The notes: generated from the letters alone by a model not told the origin. DNA of 64,000 bases from Octopus vulgaris (GCA_951406725.2 OX597814.1:178560001-178624000), one strand, 5' to 3'; counted from the stretch's first letter, positions 41,536 through 56,012 are shown. Made by a program: numbers and translations.

Positions 41536-41879
41536 CAGGGGTTCCTAACCATTTAAAAAATCTATGGACCCTTTTGATTATTATTTCATTCTGTAGAACC
41601 TCCATAGTTATTCGATGTTTACAAACTAGAAACTTCTTTTAAAATTCTCATTTTGTTTTCTGCATATTAACTTGTGTAAGTTGACCTATGTTAAATGCTT
41701 GCGAAAGAACCCTAGCTATTTCTCTTGCAATACATACCAATACATACATCTAAATCCATATTTTTTCTGTGGGCCATAAACTATTAATGTGGATCCCCAG
41801 TTTACTATTATACTGTATGGTCCTCAGAAATCTTATATAGACCGTCAGGGGCCATATTGACCGCATTTGAGAATCACTG
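41536..41879. mobile_element. hAT-type MITE
   Basis: Ends CAGGGGTTCCTAA and TTGAGAATCACTG; 8-bp TSD GTATACAT/GTATAGAT (7/8 match). Confidence 0.8.
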
Positions 41880-42387
41880 GTATAGATAATTCTTCGTATT
41901 ACTTAGTAATTCTCTCATCAGTAGTTTGACAAGCACATTTTAGTTTGTGCTTCTCTGAGAATAGGTTATTAGATTCTCATATTTACTACATTAAATAATT
42001 AATACCATCTTAACTAACATTAGACACCGTCGAATATATAGAACAATCTGAAAGATATTAACAGTAAGTAGCACGCGATGTATATATTGATAATGTCCTT
42101 TTAATTAATAATATTCTTTAAAAGGTAGTATTTGATGGAGCCATCGCAAATAGAGAATTAATAACTGTGTAATTGTAATATCTGAAGTGCTGGTTTAGTG
42201 GTTATGTCTTAGAAGTTTATAATGCTATGGCATTAATGAACTTTAGCAATGATTTTAGATACGAACGTAACCATAGTAAATGTATTACAACTAATGTGTG
42301 GAAGGATAAAGATTAGATGTAAACTTATTGTTAAAAATGGCGGCTGTAAACAAATACCTATGATCTGATACAGTAACAATTTGATAA

Positions 42388-42762
42388 GTAATCAAGGGCA
42401 CTCAGAGCGCGATATTCCGCCAAGGCAACACCAACGTCCTCTCAACGATTGGATAGAGATTGTTTTTAAAATGAGAATATTTGAAATAAACTCGACTGCT
42501 CTCACAAACATGAATACTAAAAATGAACCCGACCGCTCTCAAAAATTATGTAAAAAAAAAAATAGGGAAAATAATCTATAATCTATAGTCCGGTATCAGA
42601 TCGATCCCAAAATCTAACCAGTTCGTGCTAGCCACAAGGCCAAACATCTCTGAAAGTTTCATCCGAATCCAACCAGTGGTTCTTGTGATAGCTTGCCCGC
42701 AGATAAACAAACAAACACGACTGAAAAACAGTACCCCCGCCTTCGCTAAGGCAGAGATAATA
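42388..42762. mobile_element. Helentron-associated (HINE-like) non-autonomous element
   Basis: Terminal hairpin CCCCGCCTTCGCTAAGGCAGAG, related CCGCCAAGG near the other end, and AAAGTTTCATCCGAATCC followed by an (AAAC)n tract. Confidence 0.55.
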
Positions 42763-43611
42763 AAAGTAATAATGGAGGAGAATACGAGAAAAAGGAATGA
42801 GATGAAGGAAGACAAAGAAAAAGGTTAGTAGGACAATTTTGATATGGCTTCATCAGAGAAGGAAGCGCGGCGCCCATGATCTTTCTGCAGAGTCTCCAAG
42901 ACAGCGGGGGTGAGCGGAAGAGGAAACCGAAATTTATAGGTTATCCTTAGATCAGAGCTTTGCACAGAATGTTTGAACAGTGTACACTCCGCTAAATGCA
43001 CCTAAGGGTAGGGTGGTGGCGTGAAACCGGGCGACGCATTATGTCTATCACTCTAAAGGGAGACAGATTAGGTGGAAAGGTAAAAATAAGTGTAGTTAAT
43101 GAAAGCGAGAGAGAGAGAGAGAAAGAAAAAGAGAGAGGGGGAGTAACATGGAGAAAGGAAGAAAGGGAATAAGAGAGGGTAAAGTGACAGGAAGGAAAGA
43201 GAGTGAAGCAGCTTTGGAATAAATGCAAAACAAAATTAAATGCGTGAAGTGAAAAGGAAGAGAAAAGAAAAGAGGAAATGAAACTAGGAATCAGGAAGGA
43301 GCTGAGGAAGCAAAGGAGGAGAAAAGTGAAATGGAGTTATACATAATATACACATTAAGCAATGCAACAGTGAAACTCTAATGAGACAATATCAGTAGTA
43401 CAACGATATACCAAATACTATGGAATATATAATTACAAAAATAAGTTTACAATCATACGCACACATGCTATGCACATACCATACACGCATGTGTATGTGT
43501 GTATATGTATACCATCTTTAAAGAGTTCAGCATCGTTCACTGTTGCAAGCATTTGTATCAGGTTTTTGGTTTGTGGATATATTCTCTGAAAAAAGATAAA
43601 GGTTCTAAAAT

Positions 43612-44066
43612 GATAAATTATTTCTGACAAAATGGCATGTATGTGTACATGTATAAACATACATACATACATGAATACATACATACATATATACATACAT
43701 ACATACATACATACATACATACATACATACACACATACACACATACATACGTACATGCATGCATGCATACATACATACATACATACATACATACATACAT
43801 ACATACATACATACATACATACATACATACAATATACAGCATCTACATATATAAATATACGTGCAGAAACATGGATAGATAAATTACTTCTGACAAAATG
43901 GCATGTATGTATACATGTATAAACATACATACATGCATACATACATACATACATACATACATACGTACATACATACATACATACATACATACATACATAC
44001 ATACATACATACAATATACAAGCATCTACATATATAAATATACGTGCAGATACATGGATAGATAAA
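43612..44066. repeat. Tandem duplication of a unique-(CATA)n-unique unit
   Basis: GATAAATTA(T/C)TTCTGACAAAATGGCATG at 43612 and 43878; GCATCTACATATATAAATATACGTGCAGA occurs twice. Confidence 0.9.
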
Positions 44067-44610
44067 CACAGACAAACACATACTTAGTAGTTTTATATCT
44101 TTCACATGCCATACTTCTTTCACGCTAGTAAAAATCATTATTTTCCTTTATCGTTTGGCTTCTGATGGAATTAATTATTTAATGTTCAGTACCAGGCATG
44201 TGATGTTTAAAAATCCAGCTCTAAAACCTAAGCTTTTGTCTTATATTTATTTAACGGATAACGGATCTTTCATTCTCAGCATCATTTTAAGTCTCCAATT
44301 TAATGCATGAATGAAATTTTCAATAGGTATTCGAAAATTTCTCGTAAGATTTATATATTTTTCAAAAGCAATCACCTCAAAGCCAAAATCCGAAAAAGTG
44401 AAAAATTAACTATTCTACTCGACGTAAATTAAAACAGTTGGAGAAAACAGTCGAGTGTATTTTACTACTTATTTACTATCATTCTTGACTACAAACAGCA
44501 TTTGTTAGCTCAAAAAGGGATTTAGCCATTGAGTGTGGAAAGACTAGAGCACAACATACATTGGGTTTATCATTAATATGAACATCTTTGCAAGCTGAGT
44601 GTCCATCGAT

Positions 44611-44710
44611 NNNNNNNNNNNNNNNNNNNNNNNNNNNNNNNNNNNNNNNNNNNNNNNNNNNNNNNNNNNNNNNNNNNNNNNNNNNNNNNNNNNNNNNNNN
44701 NNNNNNNNNN
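44611..44710. other. Assembly gap (100 N)
   Basis: Run of N. Confidence 1.
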
Positions 44711-44771
44711 AATGAAATGGAGCAACATGAAATGAAGTGTATATATATGAATAAGAAATACACATTAAGTA

Positions 44772-44881
<110 letters not shown>

Positions 44882-45114
44882 GTATATATATGGATATGTA
44901 TTATATATACACACCGTTTTCCTGGCAATCGAAAGAACGTTCATAGGATCGTGTGACTGCAAAATCCTGACCACTAAGCTACGTGCCTCCTAACACACAC
45001 AAGCATGCATATACACACATACACCTGCGTACAAAAGCAATTGTATGTATGTATATATATATATACACACACACACATATATATATATATCTGTGTGTGT
45101 GAATCTATGTATAT

Positions 45115-45158
<44 letters not shown>

Positions 45159-45452
45159 ACATATATATATATATACTCACACACGCACGCAGAAGCACAG
45201 ATATGTATATATATATATGTTGCGAGTGTAACACACAAATATATGTACGCATCAATGTATAACGCCAATGTTGTCATGTTGAAAGCAAGTAGACAGAACA
45301 GAGGCAATGAAGTTCGTTGTTGATCACCTTTACCGTTCGGATCATTGACTTTCACTTGTGCTACTAAATATTTTGGCATAAACAACATATCGTTGTTGCT
45401 GTTATTGTTGCGCTGTTGCTGTTGTTATTGTTGTTGTTGTTGTTGTTGTTGT

Positions 45453-45519
<67 letters not shown>

Positions 45520-46069
45520 GCTTATGTTGATGATGATGCTGATGATGTTTTGTTGTTTTCGCTTGACAAAAACTTTCCTGATTGCACAAACTTATGATCA
45601 GATGCATTTCGACTGAGATCATACCGTCATTTAATCACTAAAAAATCCAACTCGATCTACACTAATTAAATAAAGAGACCCTTTTACTTATATGGTGTAA
45701 TTTGAGAAAGATATAGCTGCTATTTCTAGGACGTCGGTAAGATAGTGTAGAGGCTCCCTAGTTTGCTGCTTAGCTTCAAATGTACTTCATGACGGACTAT
45801 TTTTCAGCCATGGCTAGGATCATCTCATTTTTTTTTTTCGAATTTCTGTAATTATGTCCTTTCTTTTTGCATTGGTAGTGTGTATTTCAATGGAGTTTTG
45901 TCTTTTATTTCTAGCAGCTAGAACATTTCCAGCAGATAGTGGCATAAGACTTTCGTTGGCTCAATATCCTTTACAAAAAAAGAAAAGCAGCCAAATTTCC
46001 CCTTAGTCTCTCTACAGCATCGCCGCGGACGACTTTCTTTTCTATTCTTGCAATTCGATTAAATATAAA

Positions 46070-46622
46070 CAGTAATACCTCGATATACGCGTTAATTTGT
46101 TTCCAGAGACCGCTAGTAAAGCGAAAACTTGTAAAGCAGAGCCATCATTTCCCATAGTAGCAATGTTATAAATCGAAATTCGTTCTCAGAAAAATATTTT
46201 ACCTATAAAATTTATAATACTCGTAAATATATACAAATGACACATGTAAATATTTTATGTAAAGTAAAAAAAAAATGTCAAGATCATCCATAATAACAAG
46301 TATTAATATTATAATCATTTTCTGAATCACTTACACTCGCACTAGAGTCGCGCACACCATCACTTTTAGACGCGATCACCGATTCACAAGCACTCGTAGA
46401 CGGACTTGTAGATTTCTGTTTAAAAGACAAGTTTAAATTTGCTTGCTCAGAAGAAGCTTTCTTTGGCTTTCTATAAATTTCTCAATAACAAGCAGAAGCA
46501 TTTGTTCCGGTAATAGAAACTTCAGAAATTCGTAAAAAATTTGGATCTTTATATTTATCATAAATAAAACTCGTAAACTCGGGGTCTCTTAATGTGTGTC
46601 CACGTAAAGTGAGATATTATTG
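46070..46622. mobile_element. Tigger/pogo-like MITE
   Basis: TIR CAGTAATACCTCGATATACGCG versus reverse-complemented right end CAATAATATCTCACTTTACGTG (16/22 match); TA on the right flank. Confidence 0.65.
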
Positions 46623-47105
46623 TACCAGTAGAGTATGGGAGTCGGTGCAGTCAGCAATCATTCTCCCTCTAATTTAAGCATGCCCTTATATTCATCTAAA
46701 AACGGTGAAATGGCATAATCGCTAAAGCGTCGAAAACATGTTTGGTTCCATCTATTCCATATTTCTAAGGTCAATAGAGCAAACTGATTACAATTCCTTC
46801 TTGTAGAACTTTTACTTCATTTAAGCAATCACCAACTCAGACAGAGTCATGAACATCAAATATTCCCATTTGATATGTCTTTAAGTGCAGGCACACATTA
46901 TTGCATGGAAAATGCGAGCGACGATGGGGGGACAAACACAGACACACAAACACAAACACATACATATATATAAATCATCTCTATCATCTCTCTATGGTTT
47001 TATTATACTGCTACTATCCATTTCCCTTTCTTTTGAATTATCACTTATCCCCACCCCTTCCTCCTTTCAGACCCATTCCTATTTTCTTATTTTGATTATA
47101 TATAT

Positions 47106-47455
47106 ATTAATTGTTATCGCCATATTAATATGGCAGTCTTATAGATATAAGACTAAAATCTGTCGCTGATTAGCTCCATGAGGCCATCGCCTTAAGATAG
47201 CTATTTGACACACAAACTGTGTCCATTATAACCTTCGAACAAGGGAGGTCAGCCGCTTCACACTTGTTCGAAGGTTATAATGGACACAGTTTGTGTGTCA
47301 AATAGCTATCTTAAGGCGATGGCCTCATGGAGCTAATCAGCGACAGCTTTTAGTCTTATATCTATAAGACTGCCATATTAATATGGCGATAACAATTAAT
47401 TTCCAGTAACGCTGCCGTAATCTCTTTTAGAGAGACTTAGTAATTTTAATATTTC

Positions 47456-47458
<3 letters not shown>
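47106..47458. mobile_element. Fold-back element, same family as 36446-36810; 138-bp near-perfect arms
   Basis: 47106-47243 is the reverse complement of 47263-47400 with one mismatch seen; tail 47401-47458 matches the reverse complement of 36446-36502. Confidence 0.9.
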
Positions 47459-47503
<45 letters not shown>

Positions 47504-47779
47504 GACGGGCTTCTTTCAGTTACTATGGCCTGAGGCTATAATAGAAGACACTTGCCCAAGGTGCTACGCAGTGTGACTGAACCCGAAACCATGTGGTTGG
47601 TAAGGAAGCTACTTGCCACACAGCCTATCTTGCGTCTTGAAAAAGGGGTAGACCAATTGCCAGGATTAAAAAAATAATGTTGGTTTAAAATTTAAACTTG
47701 TGCAACATTATGGCGTGGAAAAAGTAAAAAAAAGTGCATAAATGCAAACTCTGTTGCGTTCTCAATAATAAAAGTTTGT

Positions 47780-47997
47780 TTGGCTGCGAGCTAGAAAAAT
47801 CGTCAGCACGCCGGGCAAAATACTTAACGACATTTCATCGGTCCATACGTTCTGAGTTCAAATTCCACCGAGGTCGACTTTGCCTTTCATCCTTTCGGGT
47901 TCGATAAAATAAGCACCAGTTGAACACTAGGGACGATGTAATTGATTTAAACATGTCCTAAAATTGCTTACTTTGTACCAAAATTTGAAACCAATAA
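47780..47997 (+). mobile_element. SINE family C copy
   Basis: GAGTTCAAATTCCACCGAGGTCGACTTTGCCTTTCATCCTTTCGGG...AAAATTTGAAACCAAT. Confidence 0.85.
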
Positions 47998-48805
47998 TCA
48001 TTGTTTGTGTACAGGAAATTTCATTTCTATTTATTATTTAGTGAATTGTTATACTTGGGATGAAGCCCATGTGGTATAGTAGGGTCGTAACTTTGCGACC
48101 TACAAGCGTCCGCTTCAGCAATAAGTCAGATCTTCTTCACCTAAACATCCTGAAACTCCAGGTAAGCTTCGGCATTACATTATTTAAGAAGACCTCACTG
48201 TATGTAAGACGGGTAGAGTATCATTTCATAAATTTTTCCTGTTATTTTTAACCGGGTGGACATCTACTTAGAGGTTCTATTTGTTGCGAGTTCTTATGAG
48301 TTTGTAGTGTATATGTGTCATGTATATAAGTATGTATAATTCTAAACACTAAAATATCAGCCAAATAAAACAGTAAAACACTATTACCTTATATTGAAGA
48401 AAGATTAAAGATGAAGATAAAACAATCTTGAATCATTTCAACAGCTTGCGAAAATGTCTTTAAATAACCGTCAGCTATTAAAGATACTTGGCAATGAGTC
48501 AGAACCAAGATAAGTAGATCTTTTGATAAACCATTAGAGTTAGATGTCTTGCGAAGATGTACATTGTTACAATTTAAGTTGTTTAGTAAGATTTTCTGCT
48601 GTGGCTGTATTTTTAAATGGTCGAAATAGGCTGAAATGAGGAAACGAGAAAATGTAGTCTGTTATATATGAATGAAAATCAGGAGACAGTAATTATTGAA
48701 TGATATTGAAAGTTATAAACAGAAATAAGATAAAACATGCAATCACGAAGTCACATATACATACGTATATCTGTGAGTATGTGTAATTATATACATATGT
48801 ATGTG

Positions 48806-48883
<78 letters not shown>

Positions 48884-48884
48884 C

Positions 48885-48934
<50 letters not shown>

Positions 48935-49118
48935 AGAGTTTACGAAGACAACAACAAAAGTCGAAGACAGGTGGTGTACAAAACAAACAGATGTATTAGT
49001 ATAACGCTCAGGAATGGAAAAAGTATTTTACGTTTCGAGCCTACACTCGTCTACAGAAAGGGAACACAGAAAACAAGGAGAGAGAAAAAATGTGTAGTGG
49101 CTAACGATCTATCATGGC

Positions 49119-49120
<2 letters not shown>
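48935..49120 (-). mobile_element. Repeat family G copy in (TA)n, variant hammerhead core
   Basis: The minus strand reads TTT CTGTAGA C GAG TGTAGG CTC GAAA CGTA AAA (49027-49059). Confidence 0.65.
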
Positions 49121-49159
<39 letters not shown>

Positions 49160-49161
<2 letters not shown>

Positions 49162-49485
49162 TAAATGAAATAAAACATATGCATATATATAAACATATAT
49201 GTACGTACCTACCTCTACATGTACATATACACGCATATATGAGTACAGGACACCAAAGGGACGTCGAACACAAAGAGAAACGAAAACAGACACAAACCAA
49301 AGGAACTGGACATTTTTTTAAAAACAACAAAAAATGGAGTACAGGACAATTAACACAAAGAAAAAACCCCTTCTTCAGTCGCTATGGTCTCATCTACTCT
49401 ACGTTTCGAAGGATAAAAGCGAGACGTATCTTCGACAAGAAACTTTCCTTCCTGCGAAAAGCAAATCAATTAAAATTCTGAGATC
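49160..49485 (-). mobile_element. Repeat family F copy
   Basis: Reverse-complement match to 51870-52170. Confidence 0.8.
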
Positions 49486-50140
49486 TTTTCGCAGAGGGAC
49501 GTGCGTGCGTGTCTTTTGTGTATGAGTATTTATGTCTATTCAATGTTTATCTCTCACTTGGTTTAGTCATTAGACTGCGGCCATGCTAAATATTTTAATC
49601 GAACAAATCGACTCCAGTACTCATCTTTAAAGTGTGGTGTTTATTCTATGAGCCCTTTTTGCTAAAACCGCTTGGTTACGGGGACGTAAACACAACAGCA
49701 CCGTTTGTCAAGCGATGATGGAGGACAAAACGAAGACATAAAGACACATTTATACTCACTCACACATACACACACTTACTCACTCTGTCTCTCTGTCTTT
49801 CACTCTTTCTCATACTCTCTCTCACACACAGTGATTATGTGGGAAGTGTGGGAAGAACCATATGGTTCTGGGTTCAGTCCGACTGTGTGGCACCTTGGGC
49901 AAGTGTCTTCTACAAAGCCTTGCGAGTGGATTTTGTAGACGGAAACTGAAATAAGTACAGGACGTATTAACGTATTAAATACATGACTGAGCGACTAATC
50001 CCATAGAATAAGGCAGTTTGTGGTTCGTTGGAAGAAGTGCATCGGAAAACGAAGACTTTGGTGAAAATAATCTAATTGTTCACTCCTGCTTTTGTTTTAA
50101 TAAACGACAAAAACGAGAGTTCGTATAACGTTTTAAATAC

Positions 50141-50207
<67 letters not shown>

Positions 50208-50208
50208 C

Positions 50209-50340
50209 TGTTGTGTGGACGCCCCCAGATGATGAAGTAGACTAGCCCAATATGTAGATATAGAGGGAGAAGCCAATACGTCGAGGGAGTAGAGTCGAGA
50301 GAGGAGTTGAGTAGAAGTCGTGCGAACGTGCGACATAACA
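50209..50340. mobile_element. Very short solo-LTR candidate (132 bp)
   Basis: TGTTGTG...CATAACA termini and a perfect 5-bp TSD TATAC on both sides. Confidence 0.55.
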
Positions 50341-50468
50341 TATACACATACGTGAATACATTCCTACAGGTACATGCATAAACATCTATCTATCGAGGGT
50401 TAAGCTAATACATCTGTTTGTGGTCTACACCACCTATCTTCATCTTTTGCTTTTTGTGAATTCCCCCC

Positions 50469-50556
<88 letters not shown>

Positions 50557-50922
50557 GAAGAAACAATGTAGCAATTTAAGTCAATTCATTGCATGCGATA
50601 CCTTGGCTTTTACAGTCGACAATCATTCAGGCCTGTTTATCTCCGCATAATCATTGAAAACTTCCCATAAATTTCCTACAAAAGCTGTGAGTTATTGCTT
50701 TTTAACCGTCTCGTATTTTAGAGACAACGAAAAAGTGTATAGTTTTGTTTTGCTTTTCGTTTACGTAGATTTGTGAGATTTGGTAATAATTTCACTCCCC
50801 GTCACCTAGTTCGAGTTTAAATATCAAACATTGTATTCTGGTTATCTACTGTTCCATAACCTCCCGCATTTAAAACAAAAATCTTACAACAAGCGAAGTG
50901 TGATTTACCTTAAAGAAGCAGA

Positions 50923-51312
50923 TACTCTTTTACTCTTTTACTTGTTTCAGTCATTTGATTGTGGCCATGCTGGAGCACTGCCTTTAATCGAGCAAATCGA
51001 CCCCGGGACTTATTCTTTGTAAGCCCAGTACTTATTCTGTCGGTCTATTTTGCCGAACCGCTAAGTGACGGGGACGTAAACACACCAGCATCGGTTGTCA
51101 AGCAATGCTAGGGGGGCAAACACAGACACACAAACACACACAAACATATATATATATATATATACATATATACGACAGGCTTCTTTCAGTTTCTGTCTAC
51201 CAAATCCACTCACAAGGCATTGGTCGGCCCGGGGCTACAGCAGACGACACTCGCCCAAATTGCCACGCAGTGGGACTGAACTCGGAACCATGTGGTTGGT
51301 TAGCAAGCTACT
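50923..51312 (-). mobile_element. SINE family B, near full length
   Basis: Same body as 24926-25314. Confidence 0.9.
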
Positions 51313-51477
51313 TGACAATTTTTATTTTTCAAAATATTTTCCTATCATTTTCTGTCGACATGAGAAAACAAATAGGACCTCAAAAGCTTGACAACTTCAG
51401 ATACAGCTATCGATCGAAGGCTACATATTTTGGAATATTTTCATATTATTTATCAATTATGTTATGAATTATATATT

Positions 51478-51563
<86 letters not shown>

Positions 51564-51779
51564 CTTTTCTCTCTCATTCTTCATTCTTTTCTCTACCACC
51601 ATCCCCGTTTTTCTCTCCCTTTCTCTTACTCCTCCTCCTCCGTCCCGTCGCGGTCACGTGATGAGATGCCTATTTCTGTCTTTTCTTCTCCAGCTTCCTC
51701 CAAGTAGGGACGGTAAAATCTGTTGCTCTGCCGATCCCAAAGAATAGCGTTCGTAAATATTTTGTATCTCGTTTGGCTT

Positions 51780-52157
51780 AACAGCCCTCCTTGTTTGTGT
51801 TACTGTTATTCTCCGTTGTCCTGTTTATATTTTGTACTGTCGTTACTGTCCTGTTTTTGTTACCATTTTTACCCCTCCGCAAAAAAATCTCAAATTTTAT
51901 TTAATTTGATTTCCGCGGGAAGGAAAATTTCATTTAAGTCATGTATCGCTTGACCTTCGAAACGTGGAGTAGATGAAATTAAGGCGACTGAAGAAGGGGA
52001 ATTTTCCTTGTTTATGTCCATTTCCTCGGTTTTGTGTTTATGTTTTCGTTTCTCATTGTGTTCGACGTTTTTTTGGTGTCCTATACCCATATATGCATGT
52101 ACATATACATGTAGAGGTAGGTACGTACATATATGTATGTATTTATGCATATGTTTA

Positions 52158-52170
<13 letters not shown>
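51780..52170 (+). mobile_element. Repeat family F copy
   Basis: CCTTCGAAACGTGGAGTAGATGAAATTAAGGCGACTGAAGAAGGGG...CATGTAGAGGTAGGTACGTACATATATG. Confidence 0.8.
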
Positions 52171-52198
<28 letters not shown>

Positions 52199-52649
52199 CG
52201 TATATATTTATATATGTGTGTGTGTATGTATGTATGTACAGTTTACCGTTAAGGTAAAATAAACATAAATTTATTTCGTCCAGTAAGAGATGAATATCAT
52301 TTAACGTGCATATTATAAAGATGCGAGCTGCTAATATTTTCTTGCTTTAGATATACAAATTTAACCAAGTCTTTGTAACACATCTTGTGTCTCCAAGTCA
52401 TCTTTTAGGCCCTGAGTACATCGTCTATTCGATTAGCAAATCAAGACATTGGTGCAAGAGAAATCATGAGAAAATATGAAAGTAGATGCAAAAATTGGGT
52501 GAATTGAAACTGCAAATGAAAAGGAAGACATTAGAGTTATGTCCCCTATGAACGTAAAGCTACAATCAAGCTTGTTATGGAATTATTCATCGAAGGGTGT
52601 CCGAAGTTTGGAAGAGAGTTGTTCATTCCGGAGAGGGTAGTAACCTCCA

Positions 52650-52989
52650 GATCGCCAAAAAAATAATTGTCCATATGCTTGTTTTTGCTGAAAATTTCGT
52701 ATCTTGAATTTAATGGTGCGTTGACATTCTTAGATCTAAATAAGTTGCATTTCTTAGATCTCTAAGCATATGCCATGCTTCATTTGATTGCATATGATGT
52801 GCAGTTGCTCTTCAGATCCTATACGTGGCTAGCCAACTTAGTGGTTTTACTTTTGTCGATGTGCCAGAAAGAAAATAGTTGGTTTGTATTATGTCTTTTG
52901 AAATCACCTGCGCATAACTCAATATAATTTTTCTTTTTGTTTAGATAATTTTCAAGTGTTTTTTCGACTTCTCCCTCGAATACGACTTG
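52650..52989 (-). pseudogene. Penelope-like retroelement GIY-YIG endonuclease relic
   Basis: One minus frame reads VVFEGEV...KNYIELCAGDFKRHNTNQLFSFWHIDKSKTTKLASHV*DLKSNCTSYAIK*SM...SKKCNLF...LNSRYEIFSKNKHMDNYFL. This follows the PLE pattern VVY..YIG..G.FK.R..NH..SF......T.LS..IW.LK....Y.IKW...CNLC...LN.R.E..SKCRH. Confidence 0.75.
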
Positions 52990-54811
52990 ACCAGGCGTAT
53001 ATGATAAAATCTGACGTATATGTATGTATGACGATGGATTTTTACAAATTAATTTTTGAATTATTCTCTGAGTGTAATGGAATTCATTGAAGTGCGGTTA
53101 TTAAGATTATGAAAAGTTAAGAGCATATTTGTTCGAATTAACGTAGTTTGCTCACTGATCATAAACTCTGAGCAATGGAAGTTGATGTTTAGTCTCCGGC
53201 CAGATATAACCAGTCTGACCTTTGGAAATATTGAGGAACATAAACCCTTTTGTGAAAGTTGTAGCGTGGAATCTGAGAGAAATTTGACTCATTATTACAG
53301 GCCGAGCCAGCCTGTGGAAAGCAGAATTCAGACGGCATTTACTGCCACCAAGGAAAAAAAATGATAGCACAGCTGCTAATATTAACTGTGTTCTTAGTTT
53401 TCTTTATGAACGTCCTGAATTTCTCTTAGGTCGAATTTAATATTTATGTTCCTGGTGCCAATATAAATGCTGTTATAAATATATAAGATCGATTAAATAT
53501 GAAAATGCTCTAACATTCTCAATATTCAGGGCTTCGTCTCATAAAATGGAAATTAAAAACTAAAAAGGAAACTGGCATCATATTTGAATTAATGTATTTA
53601 AAATATAAATTTGCATTGAACTAGATGAAGGAGATAATGAATGCTTTGAGATATCTAAGGAGATTCTCTGATGATTTTTATATCCTAAGGGAAACTAACA
53701 TGTTTTGGCTCAAAGCCCCAATGTGAAATTACTTCCGAACAGTAGACAAAGCGCCGCGTGGCCTTTGTTTTTCTTGTTTCATTTGTTATTGTTGGCACTG
53801 ATTTTCTGCGAAAGGTGAATTTAGCTTAATCGAACAGAAGACAACAGGGTATTAGATTAGCAGAGGGCTGATTTGAGATTTCTGTTATTCGATACAAATG
53901 AATTAAGGAAACTCTCATAACATGTTGTTTTCCCATTAAAGTTATAAATGGCACCTAAGTGCTATGTTGTCAAGTAAACAAACTTTGCTACATGATGCAA
54001 ACACAATCAGAAGAAGAGTGGCGTTTTCATGTTTATAGCATTGTATCTCAGGGGTTAGGACCTTTATAATGCTGATCGTATGTAATTACAGTTCTACTTA
54101 TTACGATGCTAAATTTTCTTTAGTGGTTATTACTATATATTGTGCGCATGGGAAGAGACCGTTATGGAAATATTTACACACATTCAACTTTGCACATTTC
54201 TGATAATGGAAATCACACCGATTCCACCGAGTATAGCCTGTGTTCTGGTTGCAGCATGATAATAAAAATGGCTTGTTTTCAAAGTAGAATTGTACCCTTA
54301 GCCTAATTTTCAGTCAGAGTAAGCGTGACACTGTGATAATACTGGCACTTTGATTATAGATATAATCCGTTTAAAAGGATTTCCATATGTGTTTTGTCTC
54401 TTCCATTCTGAAGGTTCGAACCCAGTTATGTGCAATTGCAAGACAAACATTTTCATTATTTGCCTATGCCTGAACACTTTCGCACATAGGTAACGCACTT
54501 ACCGAAAAAAAAAAGAAAATGAAAAAAAAAATTAAAGCTTGTATACATGATTACAAAAGAGAATGTAGTTATTGAAAGTCACACGCGAGAATATATGTGT
54601 ATATGTAGGAATATACACATGCATGCATGTATACCTGTGTGTATATATGTACTCATATACACAGTCATACACACACACAAATATATATATATATATATGT
54701 ACATAAATGTAAGTGTGTGTGTATGTGTGTGTGTCAGTGTGCGTGAGTGCGCACGTGCGCGCGCGCGTGTGTATGTGCTTGTATGTATGTATGTGTGTGT
54801 GCTTGTATGTA

Positions 54812-54843
<32 letters not shown>

Positions 54844-54930
54844 TATGTCTATTGACTGACCGAGGATTGTGAAAATATTGGGCAATTTCTACCAAATGGT
54901 TGATTTAAAGAAAAATTGTTTTCGAAAAAA

Positions 54931-55005
<75 letters not shown>

Positions 55006-55154
55006 TATATATGTCTTCAATCCGTGGTCAACCAATAGACTGTTTGAAAGATAATTTTGCCCCACAAATTTATATCAGATTCCGTATACTTCTAATGCAA
55101 GGTATGTATTGGGCAATGTATATGTTCTTAAACCACAATGCACATATATATATA

Positions 55155-55198
<44 letters not shown>

Positions 55199-56012
55199 CA
55201 TATACTTATGTGTGTATGCATTTATATAGCTATGTGTGTATGCACATATTTGTGTATATCTATATATAAATGCGTGTGTGTACGTGTGTGTTTGCCTATT
55301 TTTATTGCTTCCTCAATATACAAATAGCCGACTGACATGGGAATTATAAATAAAATGAAAAAATACTAAAGTAAAACTATCACCACTACCATATGTTACA
55401 CTTACAAAAAACCGAAAATAAAGAAAAGAAAATGACGACTACAGGAACGTAAAAATAAAGGAAATGCTAAAACAAGTACGTTGCAACACCACATCTATGT
55501 AGATTAAACGAATAACAATATTACATTTTTCCTAATAAATATACATAAAATGTTTAACTTCTGTTTTTTTTATTCTACACACCGTCTTTTCCTTCTTATT
55601 TTTAAGATACACAAGCAAATATATAAGGAAACAAACCGAAGATAAAACATTGATATTACAAAAAGAGGTTCTATATACATCATACGTGTGTGTATGTGTG
55701 TGTGTTTGTGTGTTTGTGTGTGTGTACACAATCATAAATTTATTATGAAAATGTTTGTAACGGTTGTGTTTTTAATAAGCGTGAGGTTGATAAATATTTG
55801 CATATTGACACTAGGTATTATAAACTATAGAACAAGGAAATTAACAAAGTAAATGATTCTTAGCCAAACAATAAACATACGCATCTAGGAACATAGTCAT
55901 GTATGTATGCATGTATGTATATATGTATGTATGCATGTATATATGTAAGTATATATTTGTAATATTTATATGTATATACATGTATATATACATATATATA
56001 TGCGCAAATATA

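Noticed and set aside
53668-53700. CTGATGA TTTTTA..TAAGG GAAA CTAA hammerhead-like string
   Set aside because: No GUH site or stem I; plausible by chance in AT-rich DNA.
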